The notes beneath the pieces were generated by a model. That model saw only the letters and a program-made list of their open reading frames with translations. It was not told the DNA's origin and searched no databases. This document shows, piece by piece, positions 38,466 to 51,497 of a stretch of 64,000 bases of DNA. The stretch covers positions 576,279,257 through 576,343,256 of the forward strand of contig NC_058131.1 in the NCBI RefSeq assembly GCF_016433145.1, in the 5' to 3' direction. How positions within the stretch are numbered: position 1 is the stretch's first letter; every line of letters begins with the position of its first letter. The position numbers and the translations under genes are program-made. This stretch comes from Gracilinanus agilis. Taxonomy: Eukaryota.

Positions 38466-38781
38466 TGTAAAAGTGAAAATTGGGAAAAAGCCATCTAAAA
38501 GTGTATATATATTTCTATGGACAAGGGAAATGTATCAAAACTACATTTCCCGTGATCCAACATGGTCCAACTGATTTCCGTTTCCGACGTCTTGACGCAG
38601 GGGAGAGCTTAAATCTCCTCGGTTAGGAGGGAGTGGGCTCTTTGGCGAGTAGGCGCTTCTGGAGGCGGCAGGTTTGAATGCTTACAAGCGCGTGGTCTAA
38701 TGATTTTATCTATCAGCATGGCTTTAATTAAAATACTAATTTATATATTTATACAAGCATCTATCATTTTTCATATTTACA
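38466..38781 (+). mobile_element. Short CpG-rich solo LTR (316 bp) inside a SINE1 (38335-38850)
   Basis: TGTAAAAG...TTTACA termini; 4-bp TSD GCCC at 38462-65 and 38782-85. Confidence 0.9.
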
Positions 38782-38864
38782 GCCCTTACCAGTTTTCTAC
38801 CTTGGAACCAATACACACTATTGATTCTAAGATGAAAGGTAAGGGTTTAAAATTTTTTAAAATT

Positions 38865-39600
38865 TATTAATAGACTTTATTCACAAGCATCCCATTCCTT
38901 TCCCACTCTCCCTGCATTGCAGAAGGTATCATCATACAGAGACAGATATGTTCATACAAATTAAGTCTTTCGTGTTTCCACCTCAGTTCACTCTCTGGAG
39001 GCAACATTCACAATTGATTCTTCGATGATTAATTCTGTAGTTGTGTGTGATGTTCTCTTAGTCCTATTCTTTTCACTGTTCATTATCCTGTATAATTCTT
39101 TCCAAGTAAAAAAAAATTTTTGCTTCATCATCATTTATTATGGCATAGAAATATTCCATCACAAGCATATACCACGATTTGTCTAGCCATTCTACACATG
39201 ATTAGTATGCCTCAATGTCCAGTTCTTTGTCACCACAAAAGAAGCTGCTATAAATATTTTGGAACACATGGGATCTTCTCCTTCTTCCAGGATCTCATTG
39301 GAAAATAGAGTACACACAGTTCTATAACTCCAGGTAGAATTCCAAATTGCTCTCCACAATGATTGGATCACCAACAGTATATCAGTGACTCCATTTTTCC
39401 AGTCTCCTCCAACATTTGTCATTTTGCCCTTTTATCATTTTGGCCCATCTGATATGTGTGAGATGGTATTTCAGAGCTATTTTGGTTTGCATTTCTCTAA
39501 TCATAGTGATTCAGAGCATTTTTTCATATACCTCTATATGACTGATTTCTTCAACTGAAAATTGTCTGTTCATACCTTTTGTCTGTTTATCGATTGAGGG
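38865..39600 (-). mobile_element. Old L1 ORF2 C-terminus/3'UTR
   Basis: ccagttctttgtcaccacaaaaagaagctgctataaatattttggaacac; ttgcatttctctaatcatagtgattcagagcatttttt. Confidence 0.85.
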
Positions 39601-39604
39601 GTGT

Positions 39605-40025
39605 GAAGTGCTTTTAGAAATAATATCCCATTTGATCCTTACAACAATCCTGCAGGGTAGGTACTATTATTATCCTCATTTTACAGATGAGGAAACTGAG
39701 GCTGAGAAAGGCTAAATGACTTGCCCACAATCATGCAAGTTAGTATATCTGTGGCAGGATTTTAAAGTTAGGTCTTGTTATTCAGTTGTTTCAGTTACGT
39801 CCACCTCTCTGTGATCCCGTTTGGGGTTTTCTTGGCAAAAATACTGGAGTAATTTTCCATTTCCTTCTCTAGCTCATTTTATAGATGAAGAAACTGAGGC
39901 AATAAGTTAAGTGACTTTCCCAGGGTCACCCTGTAAGTGTCTGAGGCCAGATTTGAACTCATGAAAATGAGTTTTCCTGACTCCCGTCTGAGCACTCTAT
40001 CCACTATGCCTCCTAGCTACTCTGC
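39605..40025 (-). mobile_element. MIR followed by a nested MAR1 SINE
   Basis: Two cattttacagatgaggaaactgagg cores. Confidence 0.8.
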
Positions 40026-40944
40026 TCTTAGGTCTTACAAATTCCAAGTTCAATACTATTCAACTTTGCCTCTGGTTTTCTAGAAAAGGCAGTATATAGA
40101 CCCAGGATGGGACAGTGGACATGTCCACAAGTATTTTCAGTGGTAGCAAGGTCCTAGGTAACTTTGGCCTCTCTGCTACAGAAACGCAAGTCTAGAAAAT
40201 CTCCTCTTGGTCACATTTTGTTTTCTCAAATAGTTTAGCTCACAGATAAAAATAGCTGTCCTCTTAGTCACCGCTTTGCACTGGGTGCTGTGAAAAGAGT
40301 ATATTAATTTATGGGGATATTAATTTCTAAGCATAAATGAGAAGGGCAAGAGACTGCAAATTAGTGAAATGTGAGAATGACCCCATTTGACTTAGAGAAA
40401 AATTCCCTATTTGAGGTAGGAAGAGAATAACTTGTAGAAGGCAGCCAAGGGAGGCCTCTGACAAGGTTATGGTAAGATTAGCTCCTCTATTTGGATGAGA
40501 CGGTTCTTACCTCAACAGCCTTGGAAATGATGGGAAATAGACCCTAAGGAAAGAGGATTTACAAGCCACAATGCTTGAGACACTCTCCACAGTATCTCAG
40601 AGCCCCTCCAAGTATTTCCTTGGAACGTAGTTTTATGTACATGAATTCCACATATCATATATTGCATTGAGTAGTAGAGAGGCGGCATGATGTAGAGAAC
40701 AGAGAGCCAATCTCAAAGCCAGGAAGACCAGGGTTCTAGTCCACTTCTGACATATGTTGAGTGCTTGACCTGGGAAAGTCACTTAGACACCTTTCTGCTC
40801 CAACGTAAATCTCAAAGACTCTTCAATTGTAGAAAATGTGGTGACCTGCATTAGAAGAAAGTATTTTCTCATCTAGGAATTCTCTATACTAATGAAATTA
40901 TAGGTCTGCTGATGAATATTTAGATCCACTTGCTATAGTCCTTT

Positions 40945-41500
40945 TTGACTGGTGGTTGTCCTTCATATTTGAAGAGGACCAAGATGGCAGCACTGGTGAT
41001 GTCTTTTGATGAGCATGAATTGGATTTAAGTGAGGCAACAAAATCATAGGCCTCCCTCTCTCTTCCAGAGTCATTGAAGTTTGGTGTCAGGACAAAAGCC
41101 AAGGTGACAGGGGATGGCCTGGAATACAGTGGATGGCCTTACTTTCTTTGATGTCTAACCAAGCTTTAAGCACTCTGTAGCACCCGCTTTGGCCACCTTC
41201 ATGGCCATTGGAACAAATCATTCTCATCTGCTCCTGCTGCCAGGGAAAGTCTTTGGATGGCTGGGGTTGACACCCCTCTAAATCACCAATCAGTTCAAGG
41301 CCTGTTGGCTACTCTTAGTCTGGTTTAGCTGGCCTGCCGAGCTGGTTTTCTATGGTGTGGCCACTGGGCATACTACAATTTCTTGGAGTCGTGGGTGAGA
41401 GCTGGGTGGCAGATGGTCACCAAAGAAGGAGGGCAGCCCTGGAAAGGGCTTTGCAAGCCCTTACACCAGAGAAATTCCCTGAACATCTTCTACATCCCTA
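40945..41500 (-). mobile_element. RTE-related SINE (WALLSI/RTESINE-like)
   Basis: ggttgtccttcatatttgaagaggacca...gaattggatttaagtgaggc...aaagggctttgcaagcccttacaccaga. Confidence 0.75.
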
Positions 41501-41511
41501 GTCTTCTAGAG

Positions 41512-41878
41512 ACAGGTAGATGACTCACTGGATAGAGGTCTGGGCATGGAATCAGAAAGACCTGGGTTCAAATCTGGCCTCAGACACTCACAATTTGTGT
41601 GACCCTGGGCAAGCCATTTAACCTCTGTTTGTCTTAATCCAATGGAGAAGGCAATGGTAAATAACTCATTATCTTTGCCAAGAACACTCCATGGATAGTA
41701 TTGGCATGCTATGGTTCATGGGGTCAGGAAAAATGAGACACAACTGAACAACAAAAACAAGTCTTTTTTTTTAAACCCTTACTTTCCATCTTAAAATCGA
41801 CACTGAGATCATATTTGAACCCAGGACCTCTTGTCTCTAAGCCTGGCCCTCAATCCACTGAGCCACCCAGCTCCCCGC
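41512..41878. mobile_element. MAR1 (+) followed by an internally deleted SINE1 (-)
   Basis: Consensus matches at 41512-41760 and 41768-41878. Confidence 0.75.
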
Positions 41879-43234
41879 AACAGTGGTCCTAATATCTTCC
41901 TGTACATTTTGCCTAAAGGATTAACATTTATTCTCTTTATACTTTGCCATTTTTGCCCAAATGCCTTGTAAACCAACCTATCAGAAGTTCTTTCTTATCT
42001 AAGAAGATGCTCCAAAGTGCCACTTGGGCTCTGAGGATTAAGAACTGGAAGGGATCTCAGAAATCATTCAGTCCATCTCCTTCATTTTGCAGATAAAGGA
42101 ATTGAAACCTAGAGAGGTGAAGGGACTTGTCTAAAGTCATGTAGGTAGAACAGTTGGGATTTGAACACAAATCCTCTGACTCCATATCCAGCAAGTTCAT
42201 TCCATGACTATCTGCTGCTATGAAGCAGTTTAATTTGAAACAAGAACTAAAATCCTGCAATGCCAAGAGTTGGTGAAATATTCTCGAAGAGAATCAAGTT
42301 CTTCCATGTATATAGTCCAGACTAGGAGAAGAGGAGAGATCAAAGAGGAAAAACTGTCTGAGAAACTAAGTCAGACATTTCACCTTGTAAGCAAGATCAA
42401 AGCTCTTGGAAAAACTTAAGGGGAATTTTTAAAAAAATTTTTTAAATGAACAGTTTCTACACGAAGACACTCTCCAAGCCAAAGTCAGTACCTTTGTGTA
42501 GCTGCGAGGCCAATGGCATTTCCTGATTGGCTCAGAGCTTTGCCACTACTGGGAGCATTTTAAGGGCACTCTATTCTCAATATTTTTTCTGGCAGGGAGG
42601 CTCTAACACCAGGTCTAACCTTCCTGAATGGCTTTAATGGTTCTGCTTACCAGATACCAAAATCTGAAGGTGATTTACTCAAACACCCATGATTTAGGCC
42701 ATAAGATTGTTCTCCCTTGTGGTGGTGCCAAAGACTAAGTGGCCAGAAACATAGATAGTCACTTGGGCCATCAAGAAAAGCCCCCACTACCTCCTTAGGA
42801 AATAATAATCATAACTAACATTTACATAGTGGTTACTATGTGCCAGGCACTGTACTAGGTCCTTTACAATATCTTCATAAAAACAATGAGGGTTATAGAT
42901 GCCATTTATTAGGTCCATTTTACAGATGAGGAAACTGAGGCAAATAGCAGGTAAGTGACTGGCCCAGGATCATATAGCTAGGAAACATCTGAGACTTGAA
43001 TTTGAACTCAGGTCTTCTTGACTCAAGCTGAGAACTCTATCTACTAAACCATCCAGTTGCCTACCTTTTATCCCCAGAGACTTCCAAATCCACATTAGCA
43101 CTACTGACAAGAGGCAGTTTCTCAGTCCATGGCGAATGGGAGACCTGACTCACGTGCTCCCAAGTTCAGACCTCTAGGTCTGGTTCTGAGACCTGCTATT
43201 CCTGGTATTTAGACCTGGTCTCAAGCACTGAATG

Positions 43235-43725
43235 GCTGAACAAATTGTGGCATCCGATTATAATGGGATATTATTGTGCCATAAGAAATGGCAAACAAAA
43301 AACCTGGAAAGACTTCTATGAAATGATGCAAAGTGAAGGGATTAGAACCAGGACAACATTGTACAAAATAATTGTGGATGACAACTATTATCAACAAGGC
43401 AAGGATCCAAGACAACTCCGAGGGACTCATGACAGAAACAATCATCCACTACCACAGAAGGAACTAATCGAGTCTGAGTGCAGATTGAAGCATACCATTC
43501 TTTATTTTCTCCATAAATTTTTATCTAGTGTAAGCGATATGTATCCTCTTTTAAAACATGACAAATATGGAAATATGTATTGTATGATAACACATGTACA
43601 GTCTATATCATGTTACCTGCTGTCCTGGGGAGGTGGGAGAGATTGGAAGAAGGGAGAGAACATGGATTGCAAAATGTTGGAAAATAATTTTATAAAATTG
43701 TATTGATGTATAATCTGAAAAAAAA
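43235..43725 (+). mobile_element. L1 ORF2 C-terminus/3'UTR fragment
   Basis: gaatggctgaacaaattgtgg...taatgggatattattgtgccataagaaatg; accounts for ORF 43245-43706. Confidence 0.85.
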
Positions 43726-46700
43726 GCAAAAAAAATTAAAAACAGTGTGAAGTTGGAGGAAATAAGAATACTTTTCAATTGGTGGTCATCAAGAAAAACT
43801 CTGTCAAAAGGGTGACCCTAGACCTTGGTCTTCAGGGATGGATGAGATTTCAAAATACACAGAATGGAACGTTCTAGACTGGATCCAAACTACAGAGGTG
43901 AGAAAGTGCTAGACCCAAACAGGGGACAGAAAGTAATGCAGTTTGGCTGAAGAACACTGAAGAGCATGAAATGTCATGAAAGACTGGGAAGTGCCAGGTT
44001 GAAGAGAGTCTCAAATGCCAGTCTCAAATGCCACTCTGAACTTTATCATATGCAACAGGGAGCTCCTGAAAGGTTTTTCTTTATTTTTTAACAGGGAAAT
44101 GGCATGACTGAATCTGTGAGGTCTGCATTTTTTTCTTATGATCACCCTCAGCAAGGGTTTGATTGGCGATAAAATCCCCACAAGTCTCTGTGATCTCTCT
44201 CATGGATGCCTCTATCTTTGAAAAGTCCTATTACACTGTGAATCTATGATTTCATCAGTGAAGGGAGCTCTCAGTGTAGCAGCTCCCTCTCCCTATGCTG
44301 ATCTATCACTCTGTGATTTTTAGTTTTAGAGGATTTCCTGAGGCAGAGAGAAGTTAAGACACTTGAGCATCATTACACAGATAGTGTATATCAGAGGCTG
44401 GACATGAACCCAGTTTTTCTTGACTCAGAGATCAGTTGTTTATACATGTTGACTCTTCTGACCACAGTTATACATTTTGAGCTCTTGCAACTCCCTAGTT
44501 CTTGGCAAAAGTCTAATTTCAAAACCCTTTGACATCAGCACCAGCCCTTTCTTGCCTTGATTCAAAGTTGGAGGGAAAAGGACCCTTTTCTTTGCTAAGC
44601 AAGACTAAGCCCTCTCCTCGTGTCCTTGGCAGTGTAATGTCATAGTGATAGACATAGACTCTAAGGAAACTTGGGCTTTTATTAACTGTGTGATAACGAG
44701 CAAGACGCTTAACTTCTCTCCATTTGAAAAATTGATATGATATTACCTATAGTACCTACTTTATTGGGATGTCGTGAAGATCTTCAGTACGTCAACTGAT
44801 GTATTATTACGTTGCTGTTGTTAAGAGTAAAAGAATGGAATGGCAAAATTTGTATCTAACAAATAATTAGCTGGTGAGTTCTGCAAAACCATTGTCCTGA
44901 GTATTAAGTCCAATTCTTTATAGAGAAATGGTCATCCTATGTGGCCAGTGGTGGGATAAAGATACTCAAAGAATCTTTATACATCATTTCCTTACCCTGA
45001 GGACTTTGCTATCCTGTGGAATGCCTATTCCCAAAGTGTCTGGCTACCTCAAGAAGGCACTTAAAAAATGTTTTTCCAAGCATCAAAGATGGAAGGGAAC
45101 GTAGAGACCATTGAATTCCAACCCACTCATTTTATAGTTGAGGAAACTGAGGTTCAGACAAGTTAAGTGTTGAAAAATGCCAAGGTAGCAACTGAATAAT
45201 TCAGGACTTTAATCTGGGTCATTTGACTCCCCCAGGACACTCTCCATCTCTTGCTGTATTGTTCTCTCAAGAGGCAGTGGTATTTTTCTTCTTGTTGATC
45301 TTTAGGATATCTTTTATCTTCTCTACCCATCCCCTTTTCCCTACTCTGAGACTTTCCTTGCTGTGAGACTCCTGACATGACTGTGAACTTGTAGACCACG
45401 CCAAAGAGGAACTACTGCAACTAGAGATAGTTGGTGGAGGTCTGAGGCACTAGATTGTTCTCATTTTGGTACAATAGCACCAGTCAGTCTTCTTCCAGGT
45501 CACAGATACTCTCTTGTTTAGCCAGCTTCTCTTGTGACCTAGGAAAGCACAAAGAACCTGACCCTGAGGGACTGAGGGAGATAGTAATAGCTTTCTCCAC
45601 TCCTACTCTGCTGGTAGTGTTCTAATTCCAACTAGGCTCTCACTGCTGCATAGCAATCCTTTCATTCATTACATTTAATTAGCTTCCCATTGCACTTATG
45701 GACTATTCCAAACCCTCTTATCTCTTCTTCAGTCCTACTGCCAACCCAGTTTCTCAGAGCCAATGACATTATATCCAATTGACTATGATATTCAATCATT
45801 CATTGTGAGCTTCCTCATATTCCTCCTTTCAGAATTTCATCACCAGTCCTTTCTCTTCTTTACAGGTAGCCTTTTTCTTTGCCAACGAGGCACAACCCTC
45901 TACTTGTATCCTTGGCAGTGTAGTATAATGAAGAGAGTGATAGAAATGGAATTTCTGTTTGAAATCTATTGCTGAAAACGATTAACTGTATAACAATGGG
46001 CAAGTTACTTAAGTGCTCTGAGTTCTAGGTTCTTAATTTGAAAAATGGCACCTCGAGATATACTAGAGTATCTCTAGTACTTACTCTGTTGGGTTTTGTG
46101 AAGATCTCTGATACTTGTTAGCCAATCATGTCCAACTCTATGCTACCTCATAGACTTCCATGGGGTTTTCCTGGCAAAGAAAATATCTGATACTATATTA
46201 AAGCTGATATTACATTGATGTAGATACTCCAGTGTGCAGATCACAATCCATTCATACCCTCTCATCCCAGGCAGCTCTTGTCCACGTCTTCTCAAAAGTC
46301 CTCCCCAGAGGGTATACCCAATATTCTGGGTGGGAGCCTTCTGTGTCTCAACATCGCATAAGCAGAAGTGGATCGCATGGGCTTTCCATTGGTTATCTTT
46401 TTTTTGCTTTCATTACAAGACAAACCCACCTCTTTTTCTGGCCATATATTTCTGATTTTTCAAATGTTATTCTTCCTGTTCAATCTTGCATTGTTAACAT
46501 GCCACACTCTATTCCAACCACCAGCTCTTTTGGGTCAATTCCAACTTAAATTCTTTATTTAAATATCATCATATTCTATATTAGGTAGATAACAAGCATA
46601 AGATGAGTGCTTAATAAGTTCCAGAGACTATGCTAAATGCTGGGGATACAACCAAAGCAAAAAGAAATACAATACTTGTCCTCAAAAAGTGTATATTCTA

Positions 46701-47379
46701 AGGGGAGAAGACAACATTTAAAAATGGAGGAGGAAAAGGGATACTTAGATTGGAAGATGGTAGTAAAATTCTTCCAATCAGAAGCCCAACTGAGAGAGGA
46801 AAGAAGCAGGACTGGCCTAGAGACAACCCCAAATTGGAGGCCCCAAAAGGAACTCACTCACAAGTGAATGTTTCTTAGGTATATGGTATCCCCCAAAATA
46901 TATTGATGCTAAAAAAGATTTGCCTTTGTTTCAGGAATCTCAAGGTTGTTAAAAATATAATTTTCCAAACACAATCCAGATCATTCTCCTCCTCTTATTC
47001 AATTGTGGTCTTAGTTAATCCATCTAATGCATGCCATAATAGTGGCAATAATCTTTTTTTTTTTTTTTTAGTTTCATTTTATTTTCAGGTCTGTATTCTC
47101 TTTCCTTAACTTTTCTCCTCCCTGTCCTCCTTCACCACTGAGAAAGCAAGAAAAATAAAACCCCTGTTACAGGCATGTATAGTCAAGAAAACCAAATTCT
47201 TACAATGGCTGTGTCTTTATCCCTCCCCCCAGAAAATTGTCTCAATCTGTACTAAGTCCATCATTTCGTTATCAGGATGAGGCTAACATGTTTCATCATG
47301 ACTCCTCTGGAATTTTTGTTGGTCATTGTGTGGAACACTTATAGAAGGAGTCACACTGTCTTACTGAAGACTCTCTGTC

Positions 47380-48370
47380 TCCATTGATTCACCACCCACT
47401 CGCTTCTCAGCCCTTTGCAGTCTGCCTTCTAACAACATCATTCTGCTGAAACTATCCTCTTAAAGGTTATCGATGGTCTCTGAATCATTAAACCAAATGT
47501 CATTTTTCTCTGACTTCATTCTTCTTGTTCTTTTTGAAGTTGTTTTTTTATGTTGTTAGCTTCCCTTTGTACTAGATACTATCTTTCAAAGAGTTTCATG
47601 ACTCCTGGTTCTCCTCCTAACTCTCTGAGCATTCCTTCTCAGTGTCTTTCCTGTTTCATCATTCATCTTTCAACCTCTGAAGTATGGGGATCCCTGAAGA
47701 CTCTGCCCTTGGCACATCTTTCTTCTTTCTCTATATTCTGCTGGTGATTGCATCTGCTCCAATGAGTTCAATTGTCATCTGTATGTATTTGTCCAATCCT
47801 AATCTCTTTATTGTACTCCAAACTTGAATTACTAACTACCTCTTAGATATCTTTCCATTGGTACCACAAATTCACATCTAAAATGTAACTTATTATCTTC
47901 CCTCTATATTTACTCTTCTTGCATACTTCCCTATATTGGATGAGGATATCACCAGCCTCCTAGTTGTCACTATTTGTACACGCAGAATCATCTTTTACTC
48001 TTCCCTTTCCCATGTTTCCTATATCCAATCAATTATCAAATACGACTGATTTGGTCTTTGAATCCTTCCATATACCATCACCCTCTCTAGACTTAAATGG
48101 TCATTAGCTTAATTTATGCCCTCCTCACCTTTCACTTGGTCTAAGGTAATATTCCTCAAATTGAACCCCCATTACCATTTTCACTCTTTTCCAACCCATT
48201 TTTCACATAGCTATAAAAATGGTTTAAGGTCAAAGCACCTCACTCCCATGCTGAAAAAACTCCAATGATTCCCATTTGCTTCTAAAATAAAGTACAAACT
48301 CTTTGATTTGAAACCCTTAGTCTTCTACATTTTAGGTTCAATGTACCTTAATAGATTTCATTTTACATTG
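47380..48370 (+). mobile_element. L2 ORF2 relic
   Basis: ctttgcagtctgccttc...ctgaaactatcctcttaaaggttatcgatgg (QSGF..HHS.ET.L.KV) RT pattern. Confidence 0.7.
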
Positions 48371-48373
48371 CTC

Positions 48374-48969
48374 CTGTAATCCCAGTCTTGAAACTCTTTG
48401 GCATGGGACTCATTCTTCAATGGTGGATCTCAATGCCACATAGCTCTTATGAAAGGTAGGACAGAGTTGGTGATACCAGGAGAAAGGAGAGCTCTTGTCA
48501 ATTCAAGTCTCTTCAGGTTCTGTAGTCACTCTGGGCATTTTTAGCTTCCAATTTAAAGGGAGGTGATGGAAGATGCCAAACCCCGTTCAGGTTGCTTAAG
48601 GAAAAGACTCTGGGAAGAAGCCAATTTGAGAGAAGCTGGCAGTCTCCAGCTTGCTCCATTAGAAACTTTGGGGAATTTCCTCTTGGGTGAGATCTCTCTT
48701 GATTCAGCTGAATTACCTTCCTCCCAATGGGAGAGTTCCTTCACTTTTGTCCGGTATATATTCTTCTATGTCTACGTTCTCTGATTCTGTTTTGCTATTG
48801 GCTTGAATAAATGGATTTCTTTGCTACTTCTTAACGTGTGTTCATTGTGGAACTGGGGTTTGGTGGGAACAGAATCAAGTCTTGACTTGAATATAGAGTG
48901 TGGGGTCCTGTTTCCTCCCTTCCCAATTAATCAATAGTGATCAGAAGTTAGCTTGGACCTGAATTTCAC
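48374..48969 (+). mobile_element. Probable solo LTR
   Basis: TGTAATCCC...TTTCACA termini; AATAAA at ~48806; imperfect TSD (ctcc/atcc). Confidence 0.6.
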
Positions 48970-49151
48970 AATCCCTAAACTAAAAATATTTAAGGGAATG
49001 GATAAATATAATTCTAGCTCAGTATCCTCTCTCTCTGAGGAAGGCAAAGTGATCAAATTTGCGGTCTCTACCTCCTGCTTTCTCTCTTGGAAAGAATTAA
49101 ATTTTCCCTTGGAGATGAGTGATGGGAGAAAAGGCTAAAGATGTATATTCT

Positions 49152-49350
49152 GGGGGCAGTGGGGGTGGCTCAGTGAATTGAGAACCAGGTCTAGAGATGG
49201 GAGGTCCAAGGTTCAAATCTGGCCTCAGACATCTTCCTAGCTTTGTGTTCCTGGGCAAATCACTTAATCCCCATTGCCTAGCCCTTACCACTCTTCTGCC
49301 TTAGAACCAATACTTAGTATTGATTCTAAGATGGAAGGTAAGGGTTAAAA
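49152..49350 (+). mobile_element. SINE1_Mdo-like SINE
   Basis: gggggcagtgggggtggctcagtg...ggaaggtaagggttaaaaaa. Confidence 0.9.
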
Positions 49351-49863
49351 AAAAAAAAGATATATGTTCTGCCTTGCTTCAAACCACACAATGTTATCCT
49401 CATGTTAAATGAGAGGGATTCCCCTCACTATACGCCCTTTGTTGTGGTTTTTCAATTGTTTTAGTGACCCCATTTGGGATTTTCTTAGCCTAGATACTGG
49501 AGTGGTTTACCATTTCCTTCTCCAGCTCATTTTACAGATGAGGAAACTGAGGCAAACAAGGTTAAATTATTTCCCCAGGGTCCCGTAGCTTGTAAATGTT
49601 AGAGGCTAAATTTGAACTCAAGTCTTCCTGACTCCAGGCCCAATGGTCCTTTACCCGTTTTCTGTTCCAGTAAAACTGAACTACTTACTTTTCATGAAAC
49701 ATGCCATTATCTTTCCTTTTTGAATTCACATTGGTCATCCCCAGCATTTCTACTTCTAACCTCTCATAATCTTTATCTCCTTTTCATTAAGACTTCATTA
49801 AAAAAAAAAAAAGACTTCATTCAGAGACTACATCCTCCATGAAACTGTTTCTGATCTCTTCTT

Positions 49864-49999
49864 TTTTTTTGAAAAATGTTATTTAATTTATTGATTTAGA
49901 ATATTTTTCCATGGTTACATGATTCATGTTCTTTCCTTCCCCTCCTCTCACCCCCCTCCCATAGCCAATGAGCAATTCCACTGGGTTTTACATGTATCA
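49864..49999 (-). mobile_element. 5'-truncated L1 tail (136 bp)
   Basis: Perfect 16-bp TSD tttctgatctcttctt at 49848-63 and 50000-15. Confidence 0.9.
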
Positions 50000-50034
50000 T
50001 TTCTGATCTCTTCTTCTTAAGATATTAATGCTTA

Positions 50035-50188
50035 TGATAATACATGTATAACCCAGATTGAATTGCTTGTCGGCTCCAGGAAGGGGGAGGGAAGGAAGGG
50101 AGGGAGACAATTTGGATCATGTAACTTTGGAAAACACGTGGAGATTTGTTATTACATATAATTGATAAATTAAAATATCTTTACGAAA
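50035..50188 (+). mobile_element. 5'-truncated L1 tail (154 bp)
   Basis: TSD aagat(a/g)ttaatgctta at 50019-34 and 50189-204. Confidence 0.85.
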
Positions 50189-50474
50189 AAGATGTTAATG
50201 CTTAATAACTAATATCATATACTATGCAATATATCACATATAATATATAAGTTGATATAAATAATTATAAGATAGATAAATTATATGTAATATAATAATA
50301 GAACTTAATATTAAGGGTTAATAATCTTTTAAAAATATCAATGCTTAATAATCTTAATACTCTCTTCTTCTTAAGATATTCCTAGATTTTCCTAGAATTT
50401 GTTCACTATCTCCCCCTTTTTCCTCCTTCATTCTCTATCCCATATTATACTTATCTTTACATGTATATTTCCTT

Positions 50475-50658
50475 TTTTTTTTTACCTTTACTTTTTGTCT
50501 CAGTGACAACTCTCAGACAGTGTGTCAAGGGTTAGGCAAATGGGATTAAATGGCTTGTCCTGGGTTACACAGCTAGGAAGTATTTGTGGCTAGATTTGAA
50601 CCCAGATCCTCCTAACTCCAAGGCTGGCACTCTATTCGTTGTGCCACCTAGCTACCCC
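50475..50658 (-). mobile_element. SINE1_Mdo-like SINE
   Basis: Consensus match. Confidence 0.8.
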
Positions 50659-51077
50659 AATAGATGTATTTCTTAGTAGAATATCAAATATTTGAGACCA
50701 GATACGATTTTATATTTGTCTTTATATCCTTAGAAACCTGGTACGTAGGAAACACTCATTATATTAAATTTGAATACTAAGTGTTGACTCAGAAGGGTAG
50801 ACTGCAGGTATGAGGGTACTTGTCCTTGGAAAGTAGGCTTAAAGTAATTGGCTATCCGAAGTAGATAGGAGTGGGTAGGAGCATCTAGACCCAGTCAGAG
50901 AGGATAAAAGATAAGTAGAGGGAAACAAAAGTTAACTTTGCTTCATAGCTTTACCAATGACTGATTTGATATAGTGTATTCTGCCTGAATATAAACACCC
51001 CATTTTCAGCTCCACACCTACAAGGATGTTAAGCTTATGCTATTTTAAATTTGGAGTGGGGAGCAGATATAATGAAG

Positions 51078-51142
51078 AAAGAAGGAAGGAAGGAAGGAAG
51101 GAAGGAAGGAAAGAAGGAAAGAAGGAAAGAAGGAAGCAAGGA
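51078..51142. repeat. (GAAG)n microsatellite
   Basis: aagaaggaaggaaggaagg... Confidence 0.95.
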
Positions 51143-51497
51143 AAAAAGATATATTATTTCTTAACAATAGCTTTTCCCATCCCTAATAATTCAAGTGTGA
51201 ATATTTAGGAAGTGAGTTCCTTTGAACTGCCTTTTTAACCGGGGTATGGTGGTGTCTGAAGCTTTGTCCCAGGACACTAAAATTTAAGGGATAAAATACC
51301 AAATACCATTGTCCCTCAGGGACCAAACTCCCTTGGTTCCCTCATCCATGATCCCTAGCATGTGTCAGTCTTCAGTGATTCAGAGACCTTAAAGGCTTCC
51401 TGGAATATTTTCTTCTTCTGGCTTTAATATCCCTACCCACACTTGTCTACCCTTCCCATTTTCTCAGACACAAAAAATTCCTACTCAGGAACTTATC

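Noticed and set aside
43245-43706. 153-aa ORF
   Set aside because: Decayed L1 ORF2 C-terminus running into the 3'UTR, not a host gene.
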